This document shows, piece after piece, positions 18,630 to 28,768 of a stretch of 64,000 nucleotides of DNA (positions within the stretch are counted from its first letter, which is position 1; each line of letters begins with the position of its first letter). The position numbers and the translations under genes are program-made. The DNA comes from a candidate division WOR-3 bacterium. GTDB taxonomy: Bacteria > Hydrothermota > Tepidihabitantia > Tepidihabitantales > Tepidihabitantaceae. Location: NCBI GenBank assembly GCA_965649225.1, contig CBFGJX010000008.1, positions 36,328 to 100,327 on the forward strand, in the 5' to 3' direction. A model generated the notes under the pieces. The model saw only the letters and a program-made list of their open reading frames with translations, ran no database searches and was not told the origin of the DNA.

Positions 18630-20110
18630 TGGCCGTGGGCGTGGACGAGGGCAATCATCGTGCGCAGGGGCACGCCAGTGGCGCCGGCCGGAGTGTATTC
18701 CCAGTCTTCCTTGGTAAACGAGGGGCCGGCGATGTCGATGTGCACCCAGGGTGTGCCCTCGGTGACGAACTCCTGCAGAAACAGGCCGGCGGTGATGGTG
18801 CCGGCGACGCCCGGCTTGCCGGTGTTTTTGATGTCGGCAACCTTGCTCTTGATGTGCTCGCGGTAACGTTTCACCAGCGGCAGTTCCCAGAAAAACTCGT
18901 CCTCTGCCAGTCCAAGCCGGATGATCTGTTCGATTGCGTTGCGGTCGGTTCCCAGCACTGCCGAGTATTCGTCGCCGAGTGCGACGACACAGGCACCGGT
19001 GAGAGTGGCGATGTCCACAATCAGGTCGGGTTTGAACTGCCGGCAGGCGTAGGCGAGGGCGTCGGCCAGTATCAACCGGCCTTCGGCGTCGGTCGAGATT
19101 ATTTCCGAGGTCTTGCCGCCATAGTGACGGACAACATCGCCCGGTTTGTGGGCGCCGCCACCGGGCATGTTTTCGGCCAGCGGAACAAGGCCGTGCACCG
19201 CTACCGGAACGTCCACTTTCCGGAGATAGTGAAACAGACCCAGCACCGCGGCGGCGCCAGCCATGTCGTCTTTCATTGTCTCCATGCCGGCGGCCGGCTT
19301 GATTGAGAGACCGCCCGAGTCGAAGGTGATGCCCTTGCCGATGAAGCAAAGGGTCTTTTTGGGTTTCGTCTTGGGCCGATAGGCGAGATGGACCAGACAG
19401 GGGGGTTCGTGCGAACCCCGGCCGACACCGAGGATGCCGCCCATGCCGAGTTTTTTCAGTTCGGCAGGCGTGAAAATCCGGACACTGATACGGTTCGGCT
19501 GGGCCAGTTCGCTGCAGCGACGGGCCAGTCTGGGCGGTACTTTCGGGCTGGGGGGTTCATTGACGAGGTCGCGGGCAAAAGCCACGGCGGCACAGCGCGT
19601 CGTGGCCAGTTCCACTGCCCGGGTGAGAGCAGTGTTGCGGGCTTTGGGGTCAGGCAGCACGAGTTCAAGCGTCTGCGGCGGACAGGGTTCATCGGGTTTC
19701 GGCGTGCGCCAGGCATCGAAGCGGTAGGTTGACAACGCGAATCCTTCGATTCCCCATGCAGCCCAGCGGTCCGGCTCGTTGGGAGTTTCGCCGGACACGG
19801 GTAACAGCAGACTGACTTTCTCAAGGCCGAGTTCGGCAGTGCGCCGGGCAGCGTTGGCCAGTGCGGCGCGGGCGCGCAGCGGCTCGAATTCCGCCCGCCG
19901 GCCGAGGCCACAGAGCAGCAGCCGGTATCCGCCGGCGTTGACCAGCGCGGTGCGTTTGAACTGGCCCTTGAAGTTTTCCGCCCTCGCGGCGGCAAGCAGT
20001 GGCGCAGCCTCGGACGCAGCGATGCCCAGCGGCGTTTTCTCATCCTCAAACAGAAGTGCAGTGAGTACCGGGCCGGCCCACCGCTGGCGATTGACAATCG
20101 TTACTTTCAT
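18626..20110 (-). CDS. pepA: Leucyl aminopeptidase (M17)
   Basis: GKGITFDSGG, MKDDMAG, TDAEGRL, ATLTGA, HIDIAG; SD AAGGAG. Confidence 0.95.
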   Translation of the reverse strand: MKVTIVNRQRWAGPVLTALLFEDEKTPLGIAASEAAPLLAAARAENFKGQFKRTALVNAGGYRLLLCGLGRRAEFEPLRARAALANAARRTAELGLEKVSLLLPVSGETPNEPDRWAAWGIEGFALSTYRFDAWRTPKPDEPCPPQTLELVLPDPKARNTALTRAVELATTRCAAVAFARDLVNEPPSPKVPPRLARRCSELAQPNRISVRIFTPAELKKLGMGGILGVGRGSHEPPCLVHLAYRPKTKPKKTLCFIGKGITFDSGGLSIKPAAGMETMKDDMAGAAAVLGLFHYLRKVDVPVAVHGLVPLAENMPGGGAHKPGDVVRHYGGKTSEIISTDAEGRLILADALAYACRQFKPDLIVDIATLTGACVVALGDEYSAVLGTDRNAIEQIIRLGLAEDEFFWELPLVKRYREHIKSKVADIKNTGKPGVAGTITAGLFLQEFVTEGTPWVHIDIAGPSFTKEDWEYTPAGATGVPLRTMIALVHAHGQ

Positions 20111-20330
20111 TTCCAACTCCTTGTGCGGTCTGGCTGTTATCGAGCGTATCATACGCCGGTGTGTGCCACGGGCAAGTCCAGTCAACGTTTTGTCCGGCTG
20201 CCGGCGGCGAAGTTCGGCCGGCAGACCGGCGGTTAGTCGGCTGAGAAGATCGGTGAAACCGCTAGTTTCTGGCTGATTGACGTTGCCAGTTTGGGCAATA
20301 GCATTTCTCGTCCAACCGACAGGAGGTAAT

Positions 20331-21881
20331 TTGCTGCTTGTCCTGCTGACGATTCTTACGCAGACGCCGACTGTGCCGATGCGCTGCGCGACGCCGCTGT
20401 TCGAGAGCCTGAAGGCCGGCGGGTTGCCGCCGGCGCCGAAGCCCCGTCCGGCCGGCGAACGACTGCGCGTGGGCGATTCGCGCGTGATGTGGCTGCAGAA
20501 CATGAGCGTGATGCCGCCGGTTCAGTTTCAGGCCAGTCTGACCTGTCGCGCGGTCGGCCCGCACTGCTACGTGATGGTCGAGGACTCGGCATGGAACGCC
20601 GGCCAGGTTGATTCAGCCGACGTCGCGCGCATCGTCGAACGGTTCGATTTCTCCAGCCCGCGCGACAGCACGAAGGGCGTGTGGGGGCACAACACTTCGG
20701 TGCTGGGGATGCCGCCCGACGCCATCGACAACGACTCGGCCATCTACCTGCTCTACTACGACGTCGGCTCTTTCCACGGCTACTCTTTCGACGGGTTCTG
20801 GCAGTACTTCGACCAGTACTACGATACGACCGCGATGCGGCTGTGGGGCTACCATTCCAACGAGGTCGAGTGCGTGTACCTTGACTGCTGGCCCAACAAT
20901 CCGGCCGGCGATTACCGCATCGCCATTGTCGCGCACGAGTTCGGCCACATGATTCACTGGAACTATGACCCGGCCGAGTCGCTCTGGGTGGTCGAGGGCA
21001 ACTGTGAGCTGGCGATGTGGCTGTACGGCACGCCCGACCCGGTGTCTTCCTTCCCGTCCAACCCGGACAATGACCTGACGAGCTGGACTGGGGCTTGGGC
21101 CGATTACATCAAGACCTACCTGTTTTTCCTCTACCTTTACGAGCAGTATGGCGGCCGGGTTGGTCTGGACCTGATTCACAATGTCATTGCCTCGCCGTTT
21201 GTCAGCATCGAGGGTATTGACTCGGCCTTCGCTGCAACCGGGCGGGACGAGCGGTTTACCGATGTCTTCGATAGCTGGGTGCTGGCCAACCGCATCAACG
21301 ACACATCTTTCGCCGGCGGCCGGTACGGCTACTACGGTGAGCGCGTGCCGCGGTTCGGGGTTGCCGGTTACCATTTCACCTTCCCGGTAGCACGCAGCGG
21401 CGACCTGAACCGCTGGGCCGGCGAGTACATTCTCTTTCAGGGTGGGACCGGGCTTGCCGCGACTTTTGATGCCGCCGACAACGCCGATTTCCGGTTGTTT
21501 GTTGTCGGGCTGGACACGGTGAGACGGCGGCTGTTTCTGGACACGATTACGCTCGACTCGGCGGGCCGGGCCGACATCAGCGTGCCGGGGTTTGGCACGG
21601 ACTGGCAGTCGGTATATCTCGTGCCGGTAAACCACACGCTTTCAGGGCGGCGGTCGTACAGCTACACCGCGAACGCTTCCGGTCTCGCCGAAGCAACGTC
21701 GGCCGGGCGTGGCCGTCTGTCTGTGCCAACGGTCTGTCGGGCAGGAGATTTGCGGCCGGGACTTGCCGACCGCCTGTTCGCTGCCGATGGACGCGTGATC
21801 CGGTCGCCCGCAGAACTCAAACCCGGAGTCTATTGGCTCAAGGCCGGCGAGGAGATTCGCCGGGTCGTGCTGGTGCCCTAG
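20331..21881 (+). CDS. Secreted zincin metallopeptidase (M30/M6-like) with short CTD-like tail
   Basis: AHEFGHMIH plus W..EG..E; SD AGGAGG before TTG 20331; tail PGVYWLK...RRVVL. Confidence 0.8.
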   Translation: MLLVLLTILTQTPTVPMRCATPLFESLKAGGLPPAPKPRPAGERLRVGDSRVMWLQNMSVMPPVQFQASLTCRAVGPHCYVMVEDSAWNAGQVDSADVARIVERFDFSSPRDSTKGVWGHNTSVLGMPPDAIDNDSAIYLLYYDVGSFHGYSFDGFWQYFDQYYDTTAMRLWGYHSNEVECVYLDCWPNNPAGDYRIAIVAHEFGHMIHWNYDPAESLWVVEGNCELAMWLYGTPDPVSSFPSNPDNDLTSWTGAWADYIKTYLFFLYLYEQYGGRVGLDLIHNVIASPFVSIEGIDSAFAATGRDERFTDVFDSWVLANRINDTSFAGGRYGYYGERVPRFGVAGYHFTFPVARSGDLNRWAGEYILFQGGTGLAATFDAADNADFRLFVVGLDTVRRRLFLDTITLDSAGRADISVPGFGTDWQSVYLVPVNHTLSGRRSYSYTANASGLAEATSAGRGRLSVPTVCRAGDLRPGLADRLFAADGRVIRSPAELKPGVYWLKAGEEIRRVVLVP

Positions 21882-21902
21882 ATCGCTGACAATGGAGGCT
21901 CT

Positions 21903-23456
21903 ATGACACGCATCGTGATTCTGAGTGCAATGCTCTGTGCCGCTGCCGCCGCGCAAACCGGTGTGGTCGACACCGTCGGTGGCACGACGTTTGACAACCA
22001 GAACACCGGACCGGCCCTGCAGTGGATAATCAATGACCCGCATAACGGCATCCATGTGACCTGGCTTTACAGCGCGCTGGCGCGCGGATCGAACTGGCCT
22101 GACCGGACGATGAAGTACAACTATCTGGACCGCGCGACCGGCGAGTGGAACTGGATGGATCCGAATGATTACATGCTGTCGGGCCTTAACTCCCAGAACC
22201 GGCGCACCGGGTACGGAACGATGGAAATTGACCCGACCGATGGTGCAGCGTTGATTGCGGCACACTACAGCTTGGGCGGGATGCCACCGCAGTGGTGCCC
22301 GGTCGTGGCGCGGGACGTCGCTCCAGGGGGTGGAATCTTCGACTGGTGCGTTGGCGAGCCGAACTTGGTGAATCACTTCCTGCCCGTAGTGGCGGTCTCG
22401 CCGGGCGGCATCATCCACCTGCTGCACATTCAGTTTGCCACTTCGGACAATCTGTTCTACTCACGCTCGACCAGCTGGTGTAACTGGGACGGACCGCAAG
22501 GCTGGCAGCAGTCAGGCGCGTACGGCCACAATCTGTGCGCGTCGCACCAATCCGACGCCGTGGTCGCATCTTGGCTCCGTGGTTCGGGTAGTGAAGCGGC
22601 CCTGTTCGTGCGAATGTCGACCGACGCGGGCGCGAGCTGGGCCATACCCACCGAACTCGTGCCGCCGAGCGTATACGGCGGCGATACGGTCACCGCCTGC
22701 GGCCAGGGCGCGAATGTACTGTTTGACCGCAATGACGACTGGCTGCTGGCGACCGTGCTGGTGCCAGTGGTGGCCGAGACCGCACGCAGCAACCCGGCCG
22801 AGATATGGGTGTTCAAATCGGCCGGGGCAAGCTGGCACCGGGTGCGCCGGGCCGGCGCACGGACGCCGGCAGGGTCTTTGGGGTCGAACGCGACATTCTG
22901 CGGCCGGCCTTCGCTTGGGCAGAATCCGGTGACCGGGCGATTCTGGATCACTTGGGAAGAGTTCGACTCACTCGACGTTGAGCCGAGCACCGGACTGTTG
23001 CGAGCCGAGGTCTGGTGCGCATGGTCGGACGACGGAGCTGCCTGGTCAGAGCCGGTTCGGCTGACGTCGCCTGACGGCACCTCAAAGCGGTTCCCGGTTC
23101 TGGCGCGTGACTGCACGGACGATTCGCTGGCGGTGTTCTACGTCCAGGACCTCATTGCCGGATTCAACTCCGATTCGGTCGGGGCAGTGTCGAATAACCC
23201 GGTTTGCGTCTGGCGGGGCGCGCTCGCGGGTATCGCCGAGGCTGCCAGAAGCGGGCCGCACATCCGTCTGGCCGGGCACGGTATCGCGCGCGCCGGTGTG
23301 TCGCTGACAGTTGCCGGCCGGGCAAGGCTGCTCGGGCCGGATGGCCGCGTCGCGGTCGCAGGCCGGGGCGGGCGCGTTGCGACGGCCGGACTGAGAGCCG
23401 GCGTTTACTGGCTTGATGACGGGGTCGCGCGCCGCCGGTTTGTTATCCTGCGCTGA
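21903..23456 (+). CDS. Secreted beta-propeller (BNR/Asp-box) protein with short CTD-like tail
   Basis: Signal peptide; Asp-box-like STDAGASW and SDDGAAWS; tail AGVYWL...RRFVIL; SD GGAGG. Confidence 0.75.
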   Translation: MTRIVILSAMLCAAAAAQTGVVDTVGGTTFDNQNTGPALQWIINDPHNGIHVTWLYSALARGSNWPDRTMKYNYLDRATGEWNWMDPNDYMLSGLNSQNRRTGYGTMEIDPTDGAALIAAHYSLGGMPPQWCPVVARDVAPGGGIFDWCVGEPNLVNHFLPVVAVSPGGIIHLLHIQFATSDNLFYSRSTSWCNWDGPQGWQQSGAYGHNLCASHQSDAVVASWLRGSGSEAALFVRMSTDAGASWAIPTELVPPSVYGGDTVTACGQGANVLFDRNDDWLLATVLVPVVAETARSNPAEIWVFKSAGASWHRVRRAGARTPAGSLGSNATFCGRPSLGQNPVTGRFWITWEEFDSLDVEPSTGLLRAEVWCAWSDDGAAWSEPVRLTSPDGTSKRFPVLARDCTDDSLAVFYVQDLIAGFNSDSVGAVSNNPVCVWRGALAGIAEAARSGPHIRLAGHGIARAGVSLTVAGRARLLGPDGRVAVAGRGGRVATAGLRAGVYWLDDGVARRRFVILR

Positions 23457-23628
23457 GCAGTCGGCAACAGCCGGCTGGGCCGGGCATGCAAGCGGTCGTG
23501 ATGAGAGGCAAGGACGACATCGGCCCGGGTCAGACGCGGCGATCGAAATGAGCGGCAAAACCGGAAGCGGCTCGCCTGGACTGCCGTTGATTGACGAGCC
23601 GAATGAGATTGTCAACCAGGAGGAATAA

Positions 23629-23949
23629 GTGGCAGGTGACAAACAGAAGTCGTTGTGGGATGAGGTTGCCGGCTGGCTGACCGGTACGGCCGATTCGGCA
23701 ATCCGCGAGGCTGAAGACCTGACCCGGCGCGGCCGGCTGAAAATGGAGATGATGCGGCTGAGCCGGGATATCGAGAAGGTGATGGCCCGGCTGGGCGCGC
23801 GAGTTTACCGGCTGATCGAAAGCGGTGAGGATGCTCTGACGACTGACGACGAAGTCGTAAAACTGGCAGCCGAGCTGCGGGAACTGGAGGCCGAACTCAA
23901 ACAGCGCCGGGCCGAGTACGAGGCAGAGAAGAAAAAGAAACGCCGTTAG
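23629..23949 (+). CDS. Hypothetical small coiled-coil protein
   Basis: SD AGGAGG before GTG; helical, charged 106 aa. Confidence 0.75.
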   Translation: MAGDKQKSLWDEVAGWLTGTADSAIREAEDLTRRGRLKMEMMRLSRDIEKVMARLGARVYRLIESGEDALTTDDEVVKLAAELRELEAELKQRRAEYEAEKKKKRR

Positions 23950-24521
23950 CCGGCACGCTTGCCGCTGCGGCCGGGTTCCTCCAGCGGCAGGCCGGCGCGG
24001 CAGAGCGGACAGTCCTCGGCCGCGTAGGTGGTAACCTGTTGCCGGTAGGCGCTGAACAGCGTCAGGCCGAAGTCAACGCCCGGGCTGCGATCGATGAAGA
24101 CACCGACGCCGATGATGCCGGCTCCGGTGGCCTGTACTGCGGCAATGGTTTCCCTAATCGAACCGCCGGTGGTCATCACGTCGTCCACGACCAGCACCCG
24201 GTCGTCCGGTCCGAGTCTGAACCCGCGGCCGATGCGGCGGCCGGTGTCGGCTTTTTCGGCGATGATGCAGCGGGTGCCGAGCTGACGCGCGACCTCGTAG
24301 GCGATGATGACGCCGCCGGTGGTCGGGCCGCAGACCGCGCTCGGAGCACTGGCGCGAAACCGGTCGGCGACCGTCCGGGCGAAAGCTTCACATACCGGCG
24401 GTTGTTCCAGAATACGGAACTTCTCGAAGTAGCGGTCCGAGTGCCGGCCTGAGGTCAGAAGGAAATGGCCCTCGCGCAGCACCCCGTATTGTTTCAGCAG
24501 GGCGGCAAGCTCAGCGTTCAC
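23946..24521 (-). CDS. pyrE: Orotate phosphoribosyltransferase
   Basis: GHFLLTSGRHS, PRPP motif VLVVDDVMTTGGS; pyr operon context. Confidence 0.95.
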   Translation of the reverse strand: MNAELAALLKQYGVLREGHFLLTSGRHSDRYFEKFRILEQPPVCEAFARTVADRFRASAPSAVCGPTTGGVIIAYEVARQLGTRCIIAEKADTGRRIGRGFRLGPDDRVLVVDDVMTTGGSIRETIAAVQATGAGIIGVGVFIDRSPGVDFGLTLFSAYRQQVTTYAAEDCPLCRAGLPLEEPGRSGKRAG

Positions 24522-25222
24522 TGCGCTCCTCCCGGTTTGAGTTCCTGGCGGATTCGCTCCAGTGCGGCCAGGGGGTCAGCCGCAGCATACACCGGCCGGC
24601 CGACCACGATGTAGTCGGCACCGGCCCGCGCCGCCTCGGCCGGGGTCATGGTGCGGGCCTGGTCGTCAGGCGCGTCCGTGCTCATTCTGATGCCCGGAGT
24701 GACAATTTTCAGCGTGCTGCCGCAGACGGAGCGAATCACGGCAATCTCATTGGGCGACGATACGACGCCACCGCAGCCCGCGTCCCGCGCCATCCGGGCA
24801 AGCGCCGCCACCCGCTCCGTTACCGGCTGGCGCCGGCCGGTAACCTGCTCCAGTGCCGCCACGTCAAGACTGGTGAGGACGGTTACGCCGAGGACCAGCG
24901 GCCGGGTCGGCGATTTTTCGGCGGCCTGTGCTGCGGCCTCCAGCATTTTCGGCCCGCCCATCGTGTGCACGGTCAGCATGTTCACGCCGAGTTCGGCTGC
25001 GGCACTCACCGCCCTGGCCACGACCGAGGGAATGTCCGAGAACTTCAGGTCGAGAAATACCGCTGCCTTCCGGCTGGTAAACTGCTGCACCAGCGCCGGG
25101 CCGGAACGGGTAAACAGGTCAATGCCGATTTTGTAAACATCGACTGCACTGCCGAGTCGGTTCAGCCAGCCGAGTGCCTGTTCGGCGGTGTCAACATTGA
25201 GGGCGAGAACAATTCTGGTCAT
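24518..25222 (-). CDS. pyrF: Orotidine-5'-phosphate decarboxylase
   Basis: FLDLKFSDIP, VTVLTS, VTPGIR, DDQAR, VVGRP. Confidence 0.95.
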   Translation of the reverse strand: MTRIVLALNVDTAEQALGWLNRLGSAVDVYKIGIDLFTRSGPALVQQFTSRKAAVFLDLKFSDIPSVVARAVSAAAELGVNMLTVHTMGGPKMLEAAAQAAEKSPTRPLVLGVTVLTSLDVAALEQVTGRRQPVTERVAALARMARDAGCGGVVSSPNEIAVIRSVCGSTLKIVTPGIRMSTDAPDDQARTMTPAEAARAGADYIVVGRPVYAAADPLAALERIRQELKPGGAQ

Positions 25223-26124
25223 TGGTCACTCCGTTGAGTTCGTCCAATCAGTTCTCCGATGGTTCTGATGCCGTGTTGCCGACACCAGCCGGCAAGTCCG
25301 TCGGCGATTTCGGCCGCAGCCGCCGGATTGGCCAGACTGGCGGTGCCGACCTGGACCAGCGTTGCGCCGGCGGACAGGAAGTCAATGGCATCGGCAACCG
25401 TCATGATTCCACCCGAGCCGATGATCGGTATTTTCACTGCCCGGGCGACCCGGTCGACGCAGAAGAGAGCAAATGGTTTGATTGCCGGGCCGGAGATGCC
25501 GCCGCTGCGGCCGCCCAGAAAAGGCCGACCCGCGGCATCCAGTGCTAGACCGAAAAGGGTATTGATGAGCGTTACTGCGTCAGCGCCGCCCTCGGCCGCC
25601 GCCGCGGCCGTTTCGACCGGGTCAACAAAGTTGGCGGTCAGTTTGACCGCGAGAAACTTGGCCGTTTTCTCTCGGCAGGCACGGGTGATGCGCTCGACCG
25701 CAGTGGCCGACTGGCCGAACTGGGTGCCGCCGGATTTGACATTGGGACAGGAGACGTTCAGTTCGAAGCCGTCCACCGGCGTGGCAGTCAATCGTTCGAC
25801 GATGGCGGCATATTCCTCGAGGCCGAAGCCGGCGACGTTGACAATCAGCCGGGTGCGGCGGCGGCTGAGACCGGGCAGGATGTCGGTTATGAATGATTCC
25901 AGACCGGGATTCTCCAGCCCGACCGAGTTCAGGATGCCACCGGGAAATTCAAAAATCCGCGGCGGCGGGTTGCCGGGTCGGGGCAGCAGTGAAACACCTT
26001 TGGTGACGATGCCGCCGAGCCGGGCCGTCACCGTCGGAAAGTCGTTGCCGAAACCGAAAGTCCCGGATGCCGTCAGCACCGGATTGGCAAATTCCAGCGG
26101 CCCGAGCCGGACGGTCAGGTTCAC
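25219..26124 (-). CDS. pyrD: Dihydroorotate dehydrogenase class 1B, catalytic subunit
   Basis: ASGTFG, GNPPPRI, ELNVSCPN, LINT, GGISG. Confidence 0.95.
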   Translation of the reverse strand: MNLTVRLGPLEFANPVLTASGTFGFGNDFPTVTARLGGIVTKGVSLLPRPGNPPPRIFEFPGGILNSVGLENPGLESFITDILPGLSRRRTRLIVNVAGFGLEEYAAIVERLTATPVDGFELNVSCPNVKSGGTQFGQSATAVERITRACREKTAKFLAVKLTANFVDPVETAAAAAEGGADAVTLINTLFGLALDAAGRPFLGGRSGGISGPAIKPFALFCVDRVARAVKIPIIGSGGIMTVADAIDFLSAGATLVQVGTASLANPAAAAEIADGLAGWCRQHGIRTIGELIGRTQRSDQ

Positions 26125-26855
26125 AACACCACCTCGTTCAGCAGCAGTACCGGGCCGTCACGGCAGAACCGGGCCCAGCCACCGTCACGCCGGGGCAGGG
26201 CACAGCAGTAGCAGATGCCGGTGCCGCAGCCCATTCTTTCCTCGACAAATCCCCAGACCGGAATCGGGTCAAGACGCCGTACCAGCTCGGCCAGCATCGG
26301 TTTCGGGCCACAAGCGTAGACAACCGGATCGCGGGCAGCGCGGGCGGCCGGAATCGCGAGGTCGGTGACCGGGCCCTGCCGGCCGCGGCTGCCGTCATCG
26401 GTGGCGATGTGTGGTCGGACGCCCAGTCGGCGAAACTCGGCCGCAAGCACTATTCCGGCAGCCGTGCGGGCACCCAGAAATGCCTGCAGGTGGTTCTGCC
26501 GATGGGCATGGCGGGCGAGAAACAGCAGTGGCGGGATGCCGATGCCGCCGCCGCAGATGATGACGTCGCGGCCGGTTGGAATCGGCGCCGGCCGGCCGAG
26601 TGGGCCGAGGAGGTCGAGTCTGTCGCCAGTACGGACCCGGGACAGCAGTTCGGTGCCACGGCCGGCGATTCGAAACACCAGCCGCAGTCGGCCGCCGGCG
26701 CAATCAGCGACCGAAAGCGGTCGGCGCAGCAGCGGATCGAGGCCGGGACTGACCCGGACGTTGAAGAACTGGCCGGGGTGGATTTTTCGGGCCGGGAGCG
26801 GTTGTTTGAGCCAGAGAGAAATGATATCCGGGGCCAGGTTTCGGCGCGCCAGCAC
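26121..26855 (-). CDS. pyrK: Dihydroorotate dehydrogenase electron-transfer subunit (start may be upstream, at ATT 26888)
   Basis: PGQF, LRRPLS, GGGIGIPP, ACGP, EERMGCGTGICYCC, CRDGPV. Confidence 0.93.
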   Translation of the reverse strand: MLARRNLAPDIISLWLKQPLPARKIHPGQFFNVRVSPGLDPLLRRPLSVADCAGGRLRLVFRIAGRGTELLSRVRTGDRLDLLGPLGRPAPIPTGRDVIICGGGIGIPPLLFLARHAHRQNHLQAFLGARTAAGIVLAAEFRRLGVRPHIATDDGSRGRQGPVTDLAIPAARAARDPVVYACGPKPMLAELVRRLDPIPVWGFVEERMGCGTGICYCCALPRRDGGWARFCRDGPVLLLNEVVL

Positions 26856-26872
26856 GGGACACTGGTGTGGCC

Positions 26873-28768
26873 CTAGCGAAGTTCGAATTCCACCCTCCGG
26901 TTAAGCGCGTACTGCCGGGGGTCAAGAGTTACCGGTCGACTCTCACCTTCACTGGCAGCCTCGAGCCGGTCCGGATTGATCCCCTCGGCGATCAGCAGTG
27001 CGCGGACAGTCTCGGCGCGGCGCTGGCCGAGAGCCTGATTGTATGATTCGGAGCCCCGCGGGTCACAGTGGCCGACGAGTCTGATCCGGGCAGTGATGCT
27101 GTCCTGAATCAGCCGGGCGTTGCGGCGCAGTTTTTCCAGCTGGTCGGAACGGAGCGAGGCACTGTCGGTGTCGAAGTAGAGCGGCAGGAGCTGACTTGCA
27201 GTTGTCGGGGTTGTGTCGGAGGCTGGCAGCGGCCTGGCGGGTTCCGGCGCCGGGGTGGATTCGCCAGCCAGCTGTTGCAGTTGCTCCGGCTGCTCCGGTT
27301 TGGGTTCGGGTTGGTCCGGAAGCGGCGGCGTTGCCGGCTGAGAGCGGGCGGGCGGGGTCGAGTCGGCCTTTTCCGGCAGAGCAGTTGACGCAGTTCGACG
27401 CTGCGGTACCGGCAGCCCCAGCCAGCGCCGGGCTTCATCGGCGTGCTCGCTGTCCGGATATCGGGCAATCAACCGGTGCAGCAGCGGTTCGGCGGCAGCG
27501 CTGTCGCGCAATGGCGTTCGGAGTATCCAGGCCTGTGCCAGCATCGCCTGGGGTGCGAAGGGACTGTCGGGGAAGGAATCGCTGACCTGACCGTACAGTT
27601 CGAGTGCCTGCTGGTATTCACCGAGTGCCGCATTGTAGGCTTCGGCGAGCAGAAACAGTGCTTCATCGGCCGGCCGGGTATTGTTGTTGCGGGCATCGAG
27701 CGCTTCGACCAGCAGGCCGCGTCGGGCGGCGTTGATGCCCCAGACCGATTCCGGGCGGCGCAGGCGGGCGGTGTCGTAGCAGGCCCGGGCAGTGGCGAGG
27801 TCGCCGCTGGCCTCAAAGTGGCGGCCGATGCGGAACATCGCCTCGGCGCCATAGTCGTTCTGGCCGCGGACACTGCGCCAGGTCGTTACCGCTTCGTCGG
27901 TGCGCCCCAGTGCCGCCAGCGCGCGGCCGAGCAGCAGGTTGGCCTGGTCGTCGAGTTGAGGATAGCGACCGACGACTTCCCGGGCCGCCCGTGCGGCCGG
28001 CGCCGCCTTGCCCTGTTCAAGGAGCGCGGCGGCCAGCCGGAGCTGGACTTCGGCGCGGCGCCGGGGGTCGGGTGCGGCCCGCAGGTATTCACGGTAGTTG
28101 CGCTCGGCTTCGGCGTAGCTGCCGGCGTCAAAACGGGCGTCGGCCAGCAGTTTCAGTGCTTCGGTGCGCCAGCGTGAGCGGCGGGAGCGGTTGAGCAGTA
28201 CCGAAAGCGAATCGAGGCCCCGCTCGGTGTCACCGTGTTCAATCAGGGCAAGTGCGGCAGTGTAGGCGGCGGCATCGGCTTCACGCGGCCAGTCGCGCCG
28301 GACCGTTGCCAGCGCCAGCATCGCCTCGGCAAAACGTTTCTCGCCCAGCATTGCCCGGGCGCGCCAGAGCGAAGCCGGGCCGGTGTAGCGCGATTTCGGA
28401 AAGGCAAGCAGCAGCCCGTCAAACTGCCGGATGGCCCGGCCGTACTGGCCGGTTTCAAAGTAACTGCGACCGATGAGAAAGAGGGCATCGTCCACCCAGC
28501 GGGAATTGGGCCAGCGCTGGACAACCCGGGCCGACTTTTCAATCGCTTTGTCAAACTTGGCCTTGGCCTGCACCTGCTGATTCTGTTCCTTCAGGCGCAG
28601 GCCTTCGTTGAAGCTTTTCTGGGCATTGTAGAAGGTGTTGAAGTAGGCGCAGCCGGTAATGAACGGCAGCACGAACAGCAGCGGTACCAGCAATAGTTCC
28701 GACCGGAATGCCCAAGGCAGACGCCGGTTCCGGCTAGGAGTTCTGGTGACGCGCAGGGGATGGGTCAA
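26873..28768 (-). CDS. TPR-repeat lipoprotein with Pro-rich linker and C-terminal OmpA/Pal peptidoglycan-binding domain
   Basis: Lipobox ITG-C then AYFNTFYNA; TPR repeats; LYFDTDS, GHCDPRGSESYNQALGQRRA, NRRVEF; start uncertain (28768 or 28693). Confidence 0.88.
   Translation of the reverse strand: MTHPLRVTRTPSRNRRLPWAFRSELLLVPLLFVLPFITGCAYFNTFYNAQKSFNEGLRLKEQNQQVQAKAKFDKAIEKSARVVQRWPNSRWVDDALFLIGRSYFETGQYGRAIRQFDGLLLAFPKSRYTGPASLWRARAMLGEKRFAEAMLALATVRRDWPREADAAAYTAALALIEHGDTERGLDSLSVLLNRSRRSRWRTEALKLLADARFDAGSYAEAERNYREYLRAAPDPRRRAEVQLRLAAALLEQGKAAPAARAAREVVGRYPQLDDQANLLLGRALAALGRTDEAVTTWRSVRGQNDYGAEAMFRIGRHFEASGDLATARACYDTARLRRPESVWGINAARRGLLVEALDARNNNTRPADEALFLLAEAYNAALGEYQQALELYGQVSDSFPDSPFAPQAMLAQAWILRTPLRDSAAAEPLLHRLIARYPDSEHADEARRWLGLPVPQRRTASTALPEKADSTPPARSQPATPPLPDQPEPKPEQPEQLQQLAGESTPAPEPARPLPASDTTPTTASQLLPLYFDTDSASLRSDQLEKLRRNARLIQDSITARIRLVGHCDPRGSESYNQALGQRRAETVRALLIAEGINPDRLEAASEGESRPVTLDPRQYALNRRVEFELR

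Noticed and set aside
18630..19349. 240-aa N-terminal extension of ZnuC in the ORF track
   Set aside because: Alternate frame inside pepA; the real start is the GTG overlapping the pepA stop
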